Source: Tubulanus polymorphus
Taxonomy: Eukaryota; Animalia; Nemertea
Direction: 5' to 3'
DNA length: 64,000 bases
Assembly (NCBI RefSeq): GCF_964204645.1
Contig: NC_134033.1
Location: 2,872,131 to 2,936,130, forward strand
A program made the translations under genes and the position numbers. The notes beneath the pieces were generated by a model. It saw only the letters and a list, made by a program, of their open reading frames with translations, did no database searches and was not told where the DNA came from. Shown piece after piece: positions 40,612 to 52,058 of this stretch. Every line of letters starts with the position of its first letter. Positions within the stretch are counted from its first letter, which is position 1.

Positions 40612-42076
40612 GTGGTTTCGATATCGCGATGCAGCTTCCGTCGGGCTGGATCCCGAATTCGTGGAAAATGGTGCTGTGTCCTGTTCGCGGTAACATACAG
40701 TACCGATTCACCGAGAAAAACAAATTCTGGACGCAATTAACATTTCACAATTACAGGTATGGAAATAGTTCTTCCGAGGGATGCACGTAGAAGCATTTTT
40801 GTTTTTAGTTTCTTTGATGATGGAGTTTTAGGAGTAACCCCGAAGCAGTAAGAAAATAGACTTTTCTTCATATAACTGTGCGTTTTATTTTTTACGTAGA
40901 AGCATATTCAAAGAAAGAAGATTTTTACAACAAAAGTTTTGGGGCGTTCCGGGATCAGTTGCGCATCGTACCTTCAGTACAAGTGTTCCTAAATCTTGAG
41001 ACTAGCCTTAAGTTATTGTATTGGTTATAGAACTAAGATGACCCTTATGATAGCGAATTTTAATGGTAATCGGGACATTGTGGGAGTGGATGTGTGTACT
41101 ACGTCATTGATATTGGGGCTGGACTGGTTGGCGTTCAATATTGTCGATATATTCAAATTAGAAATAACTTTCTTGATCCTTGATAATATATCATTCATAG
41201 TATATCATTCGTTGTCGACAATATCGAGCATTATGTGGGTTATTCTTCAAGTCGTCAATAAACTTTCAAGTCAGTTTTCTTTTTATCTTTAGAAATGCCA
41301 TTTACGAAGTGAATTACCGATGGCCGGGAGAAGAGGCGTGGCGAACGACCGAACGCGCTAAATACGGCGCGTTCTTCATCATGAAGGACGCACCCGCAGA
41401 CGGCGTCATCGAGGTCAAGGTCAAGTCCATCTTCAACTACGACGTCGTCGGCCGTACTACCGGCTGGAGTGAGTGTTGGCGGATCTTACAGGGATCCGTC
41501 AGAAATCTACCACCCTATTTAACACAATTTCGATGGAAATACCATTCTTAATTACTACGCCGCCAAATACGACCGACCTACGCCCAGCTATCTAAAGCCG
41601 GGCGTAGGTCGGCCTTGCGACGGCTTGCGACTCACTGCGACGCGACTTACTGCAACCGCCAGCGACGATCGCGTCGCAACGACCAACCGACCTACGCTAC
41701 CTTGCGACTGCCAGCGACGGGTTGCGACTGCCAGCAACGCCAGTCGGAATGAGTCGCACATGTTCTACTTTCTGCGACGCGACGCGACCATCGCAACCGA
41801 TCTACGCGCTCTTGCGACTGGAGAGCAAATAGTCGCACACAGTCGCTGACAATCGCGTCGCAACCGACTTGTGCAGCCACTTGTGACGCAACGCGACGAT
41901 CTCGTCGCATCGCAAGGTCGACCTACACCCATCGTTCAAAGATGCGCCTTGCTCTGTTCAGTTCACGTACCGGTATGTTAATTTTCAATTGATTTTTTTT
42001 TGTAGATTTGGATTACCAAGATTTCGGTGTTCAGCAGCCAGCAGTTTGCATTCAAACGACTCCCGATACTGCCTGA
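40612..42076 (+). CDS. Last three exons of an expansin-like (EXLX-type, end of DPBB + CBM63) gene; 5' exons not found
   Basis: Exons 40612-40756 (TTTTTGTTGAAG| ... AG|GTATGG), 41293-41468 (TTTTATCTTTAG| ... A|GTGAGT), 42006-42076 (TTTTTTTGTAG| ... TGA). Phases 2 and 1 match. AATAAA at 42081. Spliced: GFDIAMQLPSGWIPNSWKMVLCPVRGNIQYRFTEKNKFWTQLTFHNYRNAIYEVNYRWPGEEAWRTTERAKYGAFFIMKDAPADGVIEVKVKSIFNYDVVGRTTGWNLDYQDFGVQQPAVCIQTTPDTA*. Confidence 0.75.
41600..41930. mobile_element. MITE with 21-bp TIRs and internal GCGAC/GTCGC repeats, inside the last expansin-like intron
   Basis: GGGCGTAGGTCGGCCTTGCGA vs reverse complement of TCGCAAGGTCGACCTACACCC. An extra TIR copy (CGACCTACGCCC) lies at ~41574-41585. 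Confidence 0.8.
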
Positions 42077-42706
42077 TATCAATAAATACTAATTCACGAA
42101 AGACAAGACGTGTATTTCTCATTAGTTCGTCATCGGAGAGGAGAGAGAACATTCCGGGGCCAGTTACTGAGGGGCATGTCAACCAAACACCAGACATTGT
42201 GCTCGGATGCTGGATTGATGCAAATTTGAACCCCTATGAAAATTCCTTGGGACGCCTGACTATCCATTGGTTAACTGTAATCAACTTTTGAGCAAAAGGT
42301 CCCCGGTATTTAAGGCCTTATTACACCAACCAGAACAGAACGTTCATTGAGAACCGCCACAGGGCATGTACCGCTGGGTACGCCAGCATCGTACATATAC
42401 AGGACTTGGTGAAAAAACAGGATCCACTACTGAGTTCGAACATTGATAATCCATGTATCGAAATACTGATCTCAACTCTGGGAGTCGAACTTAACTAAGA
42501 ACGTTCGTAAATACTGTGGTTATCTTTTTTTTTTGTTCACGTATATGGCGACTCTCTAGCGCGACATTACGTGCGCAACATCTCTTTATTTCTAACAGAT
42601 TCCTGATGATGGCTGTCAGTAAAAACCGAAATGTTGTGGGTTCATTTTCGCGATAAAACGGTATTTTTTCGTTTTATCCCGCGATAACAATTCGTGGGCT
42701 GGCTGG

Positions 42707-42952
42707 ATGAGCTAGGTCTGAGAATGAGCTAGGTCTGAGAATGAGCTAGGTCTGGCGCGAGTGAGCTAGGTCTCGAATGAGCTAGGTCTGATAATGAGCT
42801 AGGTCTGGGAATGAGCTAGGTCTGGCGGGAATGAGCTAGGTCTGGGAATGAGCTAGGTCTAGGAATAAGCTAGGTCTGGGAATGAGCTAGGTCTGGGAAT
42901 GATCTAGTTCTGAGAATGAGCTAGGTCTGATAATGAGCTAGGCCTGGGAATG
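42707..42952. repeat. 17-bp minisatellite (ATGAGCTAGGTCTGGGA)n, ~14 units
   Basis: Direct reading of the tandem units. Confidence 0.95.
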
Positions 42953-43269
42953 ATTTTTGATCGAGGCATTAGTTAACAGTCTATTGCTAATAGTTCTAAG
43001 AATTTTCTTCGAATTCAGCGACAATTCGAGTCATAAACAATGGAAATTGATTATTTGAATGTAGTGCGAACTGTGCTAAGATATTTCTTGTGCATTCTAA
43101 TGAGGACTGGTCCACTTCTTATATTTGACCGATGTATCCTCCAGCTAATGAATTATTGATACCCACTGGTCAACTTCTTATTCATTGTATTTGAAATGAA
43201 CATGTTTCAGTTTGTAAGAATAGTACAGAGGGTGTGGTACGTATTATCCTAGAACCACGCGTTTGTAGT

Positions 43270-44135
43270 TCAGTGGTATTTTGTAGCCAGTGGTGGTCGT
43301 GTCCATTGAACCGCATTATGACAAACTCAGTTCATATTGTGTCCTCTTATTGTGGTCGGTCTTTGAAATCGTGTAATACGTGTTCGATTTGAATTGAACC
43401 AGTTTTGAAGATTAATTCTTAACACACGTTGAATTCACTATATACGTCCTTACGTGAGGTTAGGTGAGTTGAATCTTAAACGGGATTTTGTAAATCTATA
43501 AGCTATAAGGGCTCGGGCTTCTTTACTTGAATATTGATTCATCAGTCAGAATTGAAACCTGTAAAATATGAAATTGTTTTCTTTTTCAGATCAGCCAATC
43601 GTCATTGAGGACCTCATTGCTTCCAATACCGCGGGGCTGACTAAACCAACGCTGGTTTCAAAATAATCTATGATTCTCCACACAGAATTGAATTGGTGGT
43701 GAGTAGATTTGTAGGTTTTTTAATACTGGATATAACGGATTGTATCGAGTCAAATTAAAAATCATAACGGTGATCATTACGTTTTTTCAGAGAAGCTCTC
43801 CTTCCTCTGATTGCTGTCAATGCGTGCTGGACTTAATCAACAAATACACAGTGGACTTCAGGCCTTCTTCTCTTACTCGGGACCTGTTTGCTGTCAATAC
43901 CTGCTGCGGACTAAATCAACAAATGCATATTTGGAATACAGACATTCCTCGATTACTCCAGACCCGATTGCTGTCTGCGTGCTGGACTTAACCAACCTTG
44001 ACCAACAGAGCTCAGTGTTGTAGCCTGCTTGGATGTCATATCTTCTAAGTAACAAACAGAAGACTGATCGAAGTAATCCATGAATTGGTGAGTAGAATTT
44101 CTAACAGTTTTTCGTATAGGAAACTTAGGTTAGAG
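43270..44135 (-). repeat. Inverted copy of the 36170-37300 dispersed repeat
   Basis: Collinear reverse-complement blocks as listed for 36170-37300. Confidence 0.7.
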
Positions 44136-44320
44136 ACATTTATACAGCACCTGAGAGTAGTCGAGCTATAGGCTTGAGAAGGTGGTCGCAATTATTAAAT
44201 ATAGATCGCAATTTTGTCCTAAATCATTGATTCAAATTAGTTTCGATCGTCTGCTTGCCTGGAATTATGAATGTAATCTCTGATCGGTCAAGGACGATTA
44301 ATCCGGTTATGACGACTGGT

Positions 44321-46713
44321 ATGAAGTTCGGGTTTGACTATTTCACGGAATGGTTTCGTATCGTAATAATGTGATAAATGTGTGAGTTCCCGGGTCCGGA
44401 GATTGTGGTTCTAAACAACGCAACAGATGTCGCCTTCGCTTAATTTACACTTGTCGTATAGTTTTCTCAGGAGACCGAGGAGGTTAGCTCGTTGGGCACA
44501 GGACGGCGCTCCGGCCCACCGGCGAATTCATGACAGAAATGGACTTTTTTACTAAAATGGTTATTTCAATTTCCGACCAACAGATGATCCCCTCGTTTAC
44601 CAGACCTAACACCTTGCCACTACACGCTCAACCTCGCTTAAGTCATTATCAGATAAGTCATCACACTACATCAGTATTTGTATTTACAATTCTCTGGAGT
44701 AATTTGTAATACGTTCTTTCGGTAAGTCATCATCTTAACGATTCTCCCAACTAAAGAAGACTTAAAAAGCGATGTTGACTGTACTTTCTCCGAGCCGAAT
44801 GAATGAAGACATAGCTATTTTGTGATGGCCCTTTCTGGTCTCCAGCGACGAATCGGCTTCTGCAAGTAAATAAAGCTAGTGAGAGTATTCTTAGAAAAAG
44901 TTATGGCAGATTTTGAATAAAATTACCGTGGTAAACCATTGTGGAAACCACTTGGCTTGGTCCAAAGTTGTTACAGCCTGTGAGCTCTGTGACTGCACCC
45001 TCACTTATTGATGTTAACTCGGCATTCTTTATTTCATTGTTATCTTTAAGTGAAAAATAAATCATATCATGTTATTGTGTTCTGTTTTAAGTTTGTAATT
45101 TTGGTTGAATCTGCGACAAGTGTAAATTACTTATTCTCTTATTGTTCTTGCTCAGTCACACGTATAAAATCAGTAAAATACATTGAAGTGAAGCTGAAAT
45201 TGACCTGATGCAATTGATACAAAGTTCTTTCGAGTTGTTCCTTGAGTGAACACGAAATAGTCGGAGTCTCCCTCCACCGGCGCGAACACGTCTCCCTCCA
45301 TCGCCTTCCACTATCTAGGCCGTTTCGTGATGCAGTTCCACATATTTGGGGACGGCGTTCTGCTTAGGGTTAGGTTTAGAGATTAAGACATTGTTAAAAC
45401 GAATTTGAGTTAGAAATACACGTTGAAAAGGTATCACTGACGTGTCTAAAGCCTAACAACCACAACCACCTTTTCATATACAACCACCTTTTCATGAAAT
45501 ATGCCCTGCATATTTTTAAAATGTTGATGCTATTTGTTTTGTAGGGTGTCGTAGTATAAGTGAATAACGTTGTGAGGAGGTGGAATACCTGAAGATATGC
45601 GAGGTGTAAATACTGAAATTCATTGCGTGTGTGTTCAATGAAAATAAAGTGTTTGAAATAAAGAATTCGATTTCTGCAATTTAGGTCGGGTTTATGAACT
45701 TTTCATAGAATTACCGAAATAACGGGTTTCGTCAACACACCAAACACTCGAAGTTCAAGAGAATTCGAAATGGTTATAGATAAATGCATTATTTCGAAAG
45801 TGTCTTTCTTGGTTTTGACTATTTCAAATCGCTAAACACTTCACTTACCTAGAGGAACGCGACATTGTCAAATGTATCATTATCGGAACCTTGAACCAGC
45901 AGCGGAGAGAAGTCCTTATACAGCACCAGCGGATGAGCAAAGCGTCGTTACAGCATCCAAACTCTACTGGGTGGTTCTTAGAAAACGCAACAGATGTCAT
46001 TTTTCGGATATATTTATAACCAAAGATTATAAAACTGATTATAAAACTTTTTATTCAACTAAGCCAGGTATTCACTCAAAGATCAGCTTCACTATTCCGA
46101 AGTATTGTATTTGGTTTATTGTTTTTATACGTGTGACTGAGCAAGAATTATTAAAATAAAGGAGACTCGTAATTTACACTTGTTGCAGATTTAAATAAAG
46201 TGACCAATTTGAAACCTTGATTCCTACATGACTTTTATTCAAAATTGTACAAAGTTTATTCGAATGTAAAAACGGTTTCTGGGACAAAATCATTTCTGAT
46301 GAGGCTCTGCTTGCTAAAGTTAATGACATCTCCATTCATCAGCCAGATACCGGTTAAAGGCACATTATTTCAACTTTTAAATCAATCTCTACAGTAATTC
46401 AGTTAATATGGAAATTAGTGGCACGAGCTTGAGGATTTGTGAGCGAAGTTGACGTCTGACAGGACGCAAAGCGCAATAACCATCACAGTGAAAGTCAGTT
46501 TCTAACCTCCATCAGTCTGTGGGCCGGAGCGCCGTCCTGTGCCCACCGAGCTAACCTCCTCGGTCTCCTGAGAAAACTCTACAAGTGTAAATTAGCGAAG
46601 GCGACATCTGTTGCGTTGTTTAGAACCACAATCTCCGGAACCGGTGACTTACACATTTATAACATTATTACAATAAGAAGCCATTCCGTGAAATAGTCAA
46701 ACCCACACTTCAT
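44321..46713. mobile_element. ~2.4-kb foldback-like element with ~200-bp outer inverted repeats and a nested inner pair
   Basis: 44321-44519 is the reverse complement of 46519-46713 (e.g. TGGGCACAGGACGGCGCTCCGGCCCAC / GTGGGCCGGAGCGCCGTCCTGTGCCCA). 45108-45198 pairs with 46083-46191. No transposase ORF. Confidence 0.75.
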
Positions 46714-47747
46714 TCAAATATATATTTATATTGGCAACCTTTCACAAACCTTTACTCGACTCCTCGGTGCCCGTTATAGTCTAGCCCACCTTCCTATACT
46801 GCCGAATTGCCCGTATCAACTCTGGACCAGGTCAAATGTTGTTTAGAATTGGTTTTATATTTTGCACTTAAAGCCAATTTAAAAGTTTGAACGGACACTT
46901 CAGTTTCAGTAAATCCCTGCAAAAGTTTTGTGTTATTGAGCGTCAAGTGACAAAGCCACAATTTTAGTTATTTCTCAATAATTTTCATATTTGTCTCGCG
47001 TCTAAATACAGAATCTAGAATGGTTTTAGTCTCAGACGATTAAAGCGGGTTACAACATATACGATGTGGATTGTATGACCCAATATGCAATGAAGCAAAT
47101 GTTTTCGATTGTTTATATCTGATAAATCGTTAGATTACTCGTTACTCGAATCTCTTCAAGTCGAATAAGCATTGAAACTCCGAAAACAAATACTGGAATA
47201 CTTACATTCGATGCTGGCAATCAGATTTCCGTTGTTTAATTGGAATTCAAACACAAATCACTGAGATCACAATCGATTCGAGTTAAGATTGAGTCCACTG
47301 TATTTCAGTTTGCTATAACGAGGGTCCGTCATTTCTTCGACTAAGCTTAAACCTAACCTAACCTTAATTTCCTAAACAGAAATAATTCAAAATTTCTACT
47401 CTACCGTTGGGTTCGAATCCCGAAACGAATGGTTCGCCGCGTTGATACGGGGATAAACATGCTGGACCCAGTGGCACAGTTGTGAGTTAAAGCTAAATCC
47501 GAGATAAATACAAATTACACGAATTAATGAGTAATTCGGTGGATTTTACCGGATTTGCCAGACGCAATAGAAAAGAAATTCTGCAGTTTGCTGATGTAAT
47601 TAAGCCACTTTTCGTCAACCAAATGTATCTCGACAAAATACAGCATCATGAAATCAGTTGCATGAATCAAATTTGAAATCGATGGTAACATTTACATGTA
47701 ACATGGTTACACGTAGTTACATGTTAGAATGTTTTCCAATCACAATC

Positions 47748-48020
47748 GGGCGGACCGGATGGCTTAGTCGGTCGGCGACTAGCGTGTCACCGCTGTGGCC
47801 CGGGTTCGAGTCTCGGAGGAGGCGGGTCAGGATGTGGCAAATGATCTCCGGTAAGCGGGCGAGTCGAGAGTACTGTCCTCCCTGGAATGAGGTTGCTAAT
47901 GCGTGAGTCCTACAAAATAACTGGTGTGGGGTAAATTATGTTTAATTCAGTCGTTTCTGGCTGAATTATTTATTTATCCCACAATACCGGTCCAGGCTGC
48001 GGAGTAATTCCCCCAGGGAC
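47748..48020 (+). mobile_element. tRNA-derived SINE
   Basis: Pol III A box TGGCTTAGTCGG (47760) and B box GGTTCGAGTCT (47803). No clean cloverleaf. The 3' limit is approximate. Confidence 0.65.
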
Positions 48021-49398
48021 CTTCGACTTTTTTACAATATTAGTTTGTTATTTTAAGTTTAGTGGTGAGGGTTTGGGAAATTTTTTTATATTTATTCAAT
48101 TCCTCGAACTGAAGAAATCCAAGCGACTATTCGGTACAAGCAGCGCACGCGGTGATCAATCACAGTTCTTTCTCAACTGATGATAAAACTTTGATAATTT
48201 TTTTAACTTCACCAGATTTCGGTTAAAGAAGATGTGTACGCGGTGATGTCTGGTGAACTTGTGTATAAATTCGGATTCAAAACGACTCTATCCAATAGAG
48301 AATCACTCACTGGAGACCTGCCATACGCTCTACTACACAATAGTGCCGCGTCACTGCACAAACCCTTAAGCAAACTTCGATATCCTAAAGCAAAACTCGA
48401 AAATAGTAAAATTGAGCCGGTATTATAGTTCAAAACCAGACGTAAATAGAAGGGAAATCTACACTAAAGTTTGTTGGATAGTTTAGATAAAATTTCAGCT
48501 TACAATTTTAGGCAAAAATCGTAGCATTCGATATTTCTATCTTAAACAATATGTGCCTCTATGAATAGTCGAATTAAACTCGATGACCTGTATAGGCCCC
48601 ATTGAAAATGTTTGGCACGAATTGAATAGTTCTTTCGGATTAGCGTCACGGACTCGGGTCTGTCACAGGAATGCGCGATCGAGCTTTCTGATTGACCCAT
48701 TCCGGTCGCATCGATGATGCACCGTCGTTGATTGGTTGACGTAGGTATTAGAAGCGCGTTTCGAGCCGCCCGGTGCCAGTCCGAGAACCGATGTCCAGTG
48801 ATGAAGGTCGACCTATAAGAGCTCTGCAACAAGGCGTGAAGAACGTGTGGCTTTAAGCAAACAACCTACTGATAAGCGGCTGATGATGTTAGGAGAGACT
48901 GGAACGTGAAGGAATTTGTGACGCCTAGCGATTGAGAACGCAAGATGAGACTGGCGGCTGTTGATGCTGATGATTGCGGTGGAGATCCCGATACTGCTGC
49001 TGCTGCTGCTGTTGATGTCTGATTTCAACTACAAACAGATTACGGCTAATTTGCTGATGAAGACGAGTTGCTGTTGTCGCTGATTTCCGATGTTCTATTT
49101 CGCGCACATTCATACATTATGAATATTGTGTCTTTTTAGGGTTAAACCGAAACCAGTTCGCTACTACTGACAACTACATGTACACAACTCGTTTGTCGCA
49201 ACGTCCTAACTAGTCTGCTGCTGCTGCTGCATTGGGAACCGCATCAACCCACATTTTGCTGTTTCGGTATCTTTACATTAAGATAAGGTAATTATATTGA
49301 ACTACACCCATCCTTACATTTTGCATATTCAATCTTCAATAGCTTGACGATTATCCGATTTTCGTTTCCGTTTTTCAGCCGGCTATATTTGAGTTACA

Positions 49399-49820
49399 GC
49401 AACATCTTCAAATCTCGAGACGCAGACTCAACTCCGACTAAAGCACCATCTCCAAACCTCGAGATGCAGACTCCACTCCATCTCCAAACCTCGAGACGCA
49501 TACTCTACTCCGACTAAAGCACCATCTCCAAACCTCGAGACATAGACTCTACTCCGACTAAAGCACCATCTCCAAACCTCGAGACGCAGACTCTACTCCG
49601 ACTAAAGCACCATCTCCAAACCTCGAGACGCAGACTCTACTCCGACTAAAGCACCATCTCCAAACCTCGAGACGCAGACTCTACTCCGACTAAAGCACCA
49701 TCTCCAAACCTCGAGACGCAGACTCTACTCCGACTAAAGCACCATCTCCAAACCTCGAGACGCAGACTCTACTCCGACTAAAGCACCATCTCCAAACCTC
49801 GAGACGCAGACTCTACTCCG
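49399..49820. repeat. 44-bp minisatellite (GCACCATCTCCAAACCTCGAGACGCAGACTCTACTCCGACTAAA)n, ~9-10 units
   Basis: Unit starts at 49519, 49563, 49607 etc.; the 3' units are identical. Confidence 0.95.
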
Positions 49821-50140
49821 TCATTATTTCGTTTTGCCGCATGTTATAAAGTAACGTAAATAAATAAACGTCCATATACATAAAATGCTCGTCTTACTAA
49901 AAATCTCTGTCTCGGGCTCCGGAAAGGACTCTTCCCCTCACAACTTCATACTCGACACTGCCCCGGAAAGGACTCTTCCGCTTACACAATCAAGGAAAGG
50001 ACAAAGTCAAATAGGAAAGGACAAACGCAAAGTACAAATCAAAGAATTTATTCCAAATTCAAAGTAGGAATTTCTTACAGCTTGTTTGCAAAAGTAAAAT
50101 TCAAATTTTATTGAAACATCAATATTTAATATCAACTAAA

Positions 50141-50203
50141 ATGGGATTTGAACCACCAACCATTCGACTAGCAGTCCAGCACCCTACCCACTACGCTATA
50201 GGG
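50141..50203 (-). mobile_element. tRNA-like SINE head or tRNA pseudogene
   Basis: Minus strand TAGCGTAGTGGGTAGGGTGCTGGACTGCTAGTCGAATGGTTGGTGGTTCAAATCCCAT contains A and B boxes, but the acceptor stem does not pair. Confidence 0.55.
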
Positions 50204-50324
50204 ACGTACTGGCAGCACACAGAGGAACTCATATTTATCCATTGCTTAAGCAAATTTTATCAAAAAAATAATGCCATCTACCGGGCGAGACAGGAACTAG
50301 TTCCCATTTCAACCCGGTAGATGG

Positions 50325-51232
50325 TAATAGAGAATGAGACAAGAGTGGGCAGAGACAGAGTAAGAGATCAGAGTGAGGAGAGATGAGAGTGAAACAGAGT
50401 GAGGAGAGAGTGAAACAGAGTGAGAGAGTGAGAATGAGACAGAGTGAGGAGAGATGAGAGTGAAACAGATGAGAGTGAAACAGAGTGAGGAGAGATGAGA
50501 GTGAAACAGAGTGAGGAGAGAGTGAAACAGAGTGAGAGAGTGAGAATGAGACAGAGTGAGGAGAGATGAGAGTGAAACAGAGTGAGGAGAGATGAGAGTG
50601 AAACAGAGTGAGGAGAGAGTGAGAATGAGACAGAATGAGGAGAGATGAGAGTGAAACAGAGTGAGAGAGTGAGAATGAGACAGAGTGAGGAGAGATGAGA
50701 GTGAAACAGAGTGAGGAGAGATGAGAGTGAAACAGAGTGAGGAGAGAGTGAGAATGAGACAGAATGAGGAGAGATGAGAGTGAAACAGAGTGAGGAGAGA
50801 GTGAGAATGAGACAGAGTGAGGAGAGATGAGAGTGAAACAGAGTGAGGAGAGAGTGAGAATGAGACAGAATGAGGAGAGATGAGAGTGAAACAGAGTGAG
50901 AGAGTGAGAATGAGACAGAGTGAGGAGAGATGAGAGTGAAACAGAGTGAGGAGAGATGAGAGTGAAACAGAGTGAGGAGAGAGTGAGAATGAGACAGAAT
51001 GAGGAGAGATGAGAGTGAAACAGAGTGAGAGAGTGAGAATGAGACAGAGTGAGGAGAGATGAGAGTGAAACAGAGTGAGGAGAGAGTGAGAATGAGACAG
51101 AGTGAGGAGAGATGAGAGTGAAACAGAGTGAGGAGAGAGTGAGAATGAGACAGAGTGAGGATAGATGAGAGTGAAACAGAGTGAGGAGAGAGTGAGAATG
51201 AGAGAGGATAGAAAGAGATAGAGAGGATAGGA
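50325..51232. repeat. Purine-rich compound minisatellite (GAGTGAGGAGAGATGAGAGTGAAACA / GAGTGAGGAGAGAGTGAGAATGAGACA)
   Basis: ~900 bp of alternating ~22-27-bp GA-rich units. Explains the spurious S/L/H-rich minus-strand ORFs. Confidence 0.95.
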
Positions 51233-51460
51233 TGGCATATCACCTGAACTTATGTTCCTCTTGTTTTCTATCTAGAATGCCGTTTACAGTTTCTAGTTCA
51301 AACAGATATTTATCCCATCAGCAGTAATGTTATTATTTTGTCCTCGTGGACATAAAGTTCACTATAACTGAAGTCAAGTTCTCCCAATATGAGTTCGTTT
51401 GTTTGTTTATACTGTCGCTGAGTTTGAACACTGCCCACACCATCTGATGTAGTCCTGATC

Positions 51461-52058
51461 ATAGTTCCACCATATTGATGACAAACATCCTAAAGATATA
51501 CATGAAACTTAATAGATTTAAGGCCATCAATCAAACATACAGAGTTAGAGTTAAGTCTAGTTACCGGTGTATCAGAGAAATGGCAATCTAAGGTACCCCC
51601 AAAATGAGGGTCAGGGGTCAAATATTTTTTGTCTCCGATTTCGATGAAATTCAGTATATACATGTATTCTGGGGTGCTGATTACAAATCTGAAAGAATTT
51701 TTCGGATCCGAGGCCCCAAAAATGAGAAATTCAAATTTTGGGGGGACCCCTAAATTGTCAAAAGGCCTTGGACCCCAGAATTTTCGAGATATTCAAAATC
51801 TGATTGCAGATTTGGAATCAGCGCCCCTGAAAATAGTAAGGACTAAAATTTTAAGCAAATCGAAGAGATTCGATTTTTTGGCCAAAAACGGCAAAAATCT
51901 AAGGTGTAATGCATTGGAAATTGAAAGTATGTTTTTAGTTTGTGAAATTAAAAAAGGTCAACGATAAGTCCAGGAGTTTTTTTTCGGCGAAAAATTTTTT
52001 TTCTCTGATTCCTTGTAAACTTGGTAGGAAGATGTATTCTGTGGTGTAGATTCCGGAT
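51461..52058 (+). repeat. Direct repeat A (DNA-transposon-like, GGGGTGCTGAT sub-repeats); second copy at 55912-56437
   Basis: ATAGTTCCACCATATTGATGACAAACATCCTAAA ... GGTGTAGATTCCGGAT at both sites. The second copy lacks ~60 bp. Confidence 0.88.

Noticed and set aside
41293-41468. Middle orphan exon read as a fibronectin type III / cytokine-receptor exon (YEVNYR..W..EVKVKS..GWS)
   Set aside because: Phase-compatible splicing to the flanking exons gives FDIA..CPV.GNIQYRF..HNYR and DFGVQ, which fit expansin much better; the apparent WS is broken by the splice donor.
49399-49820. CRISPR-like array (also 42707-42952)
   Set aside because: Units are contiguous with no unique spacers, there are no cas genes, and the context is eukaryotic; these are minisatellites.
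50141-50203. Functional tRNA genes here or at 47748
   Set aside because: A and B boxes are present but the acceptor/anticodon stems do not form a proper cloverleaf.
50309-51243. 309-aa and 291-aa minus-strand ORFs
   Set aside because: Translations of a GA-rich satellite that lacks stop codons; low complexity.
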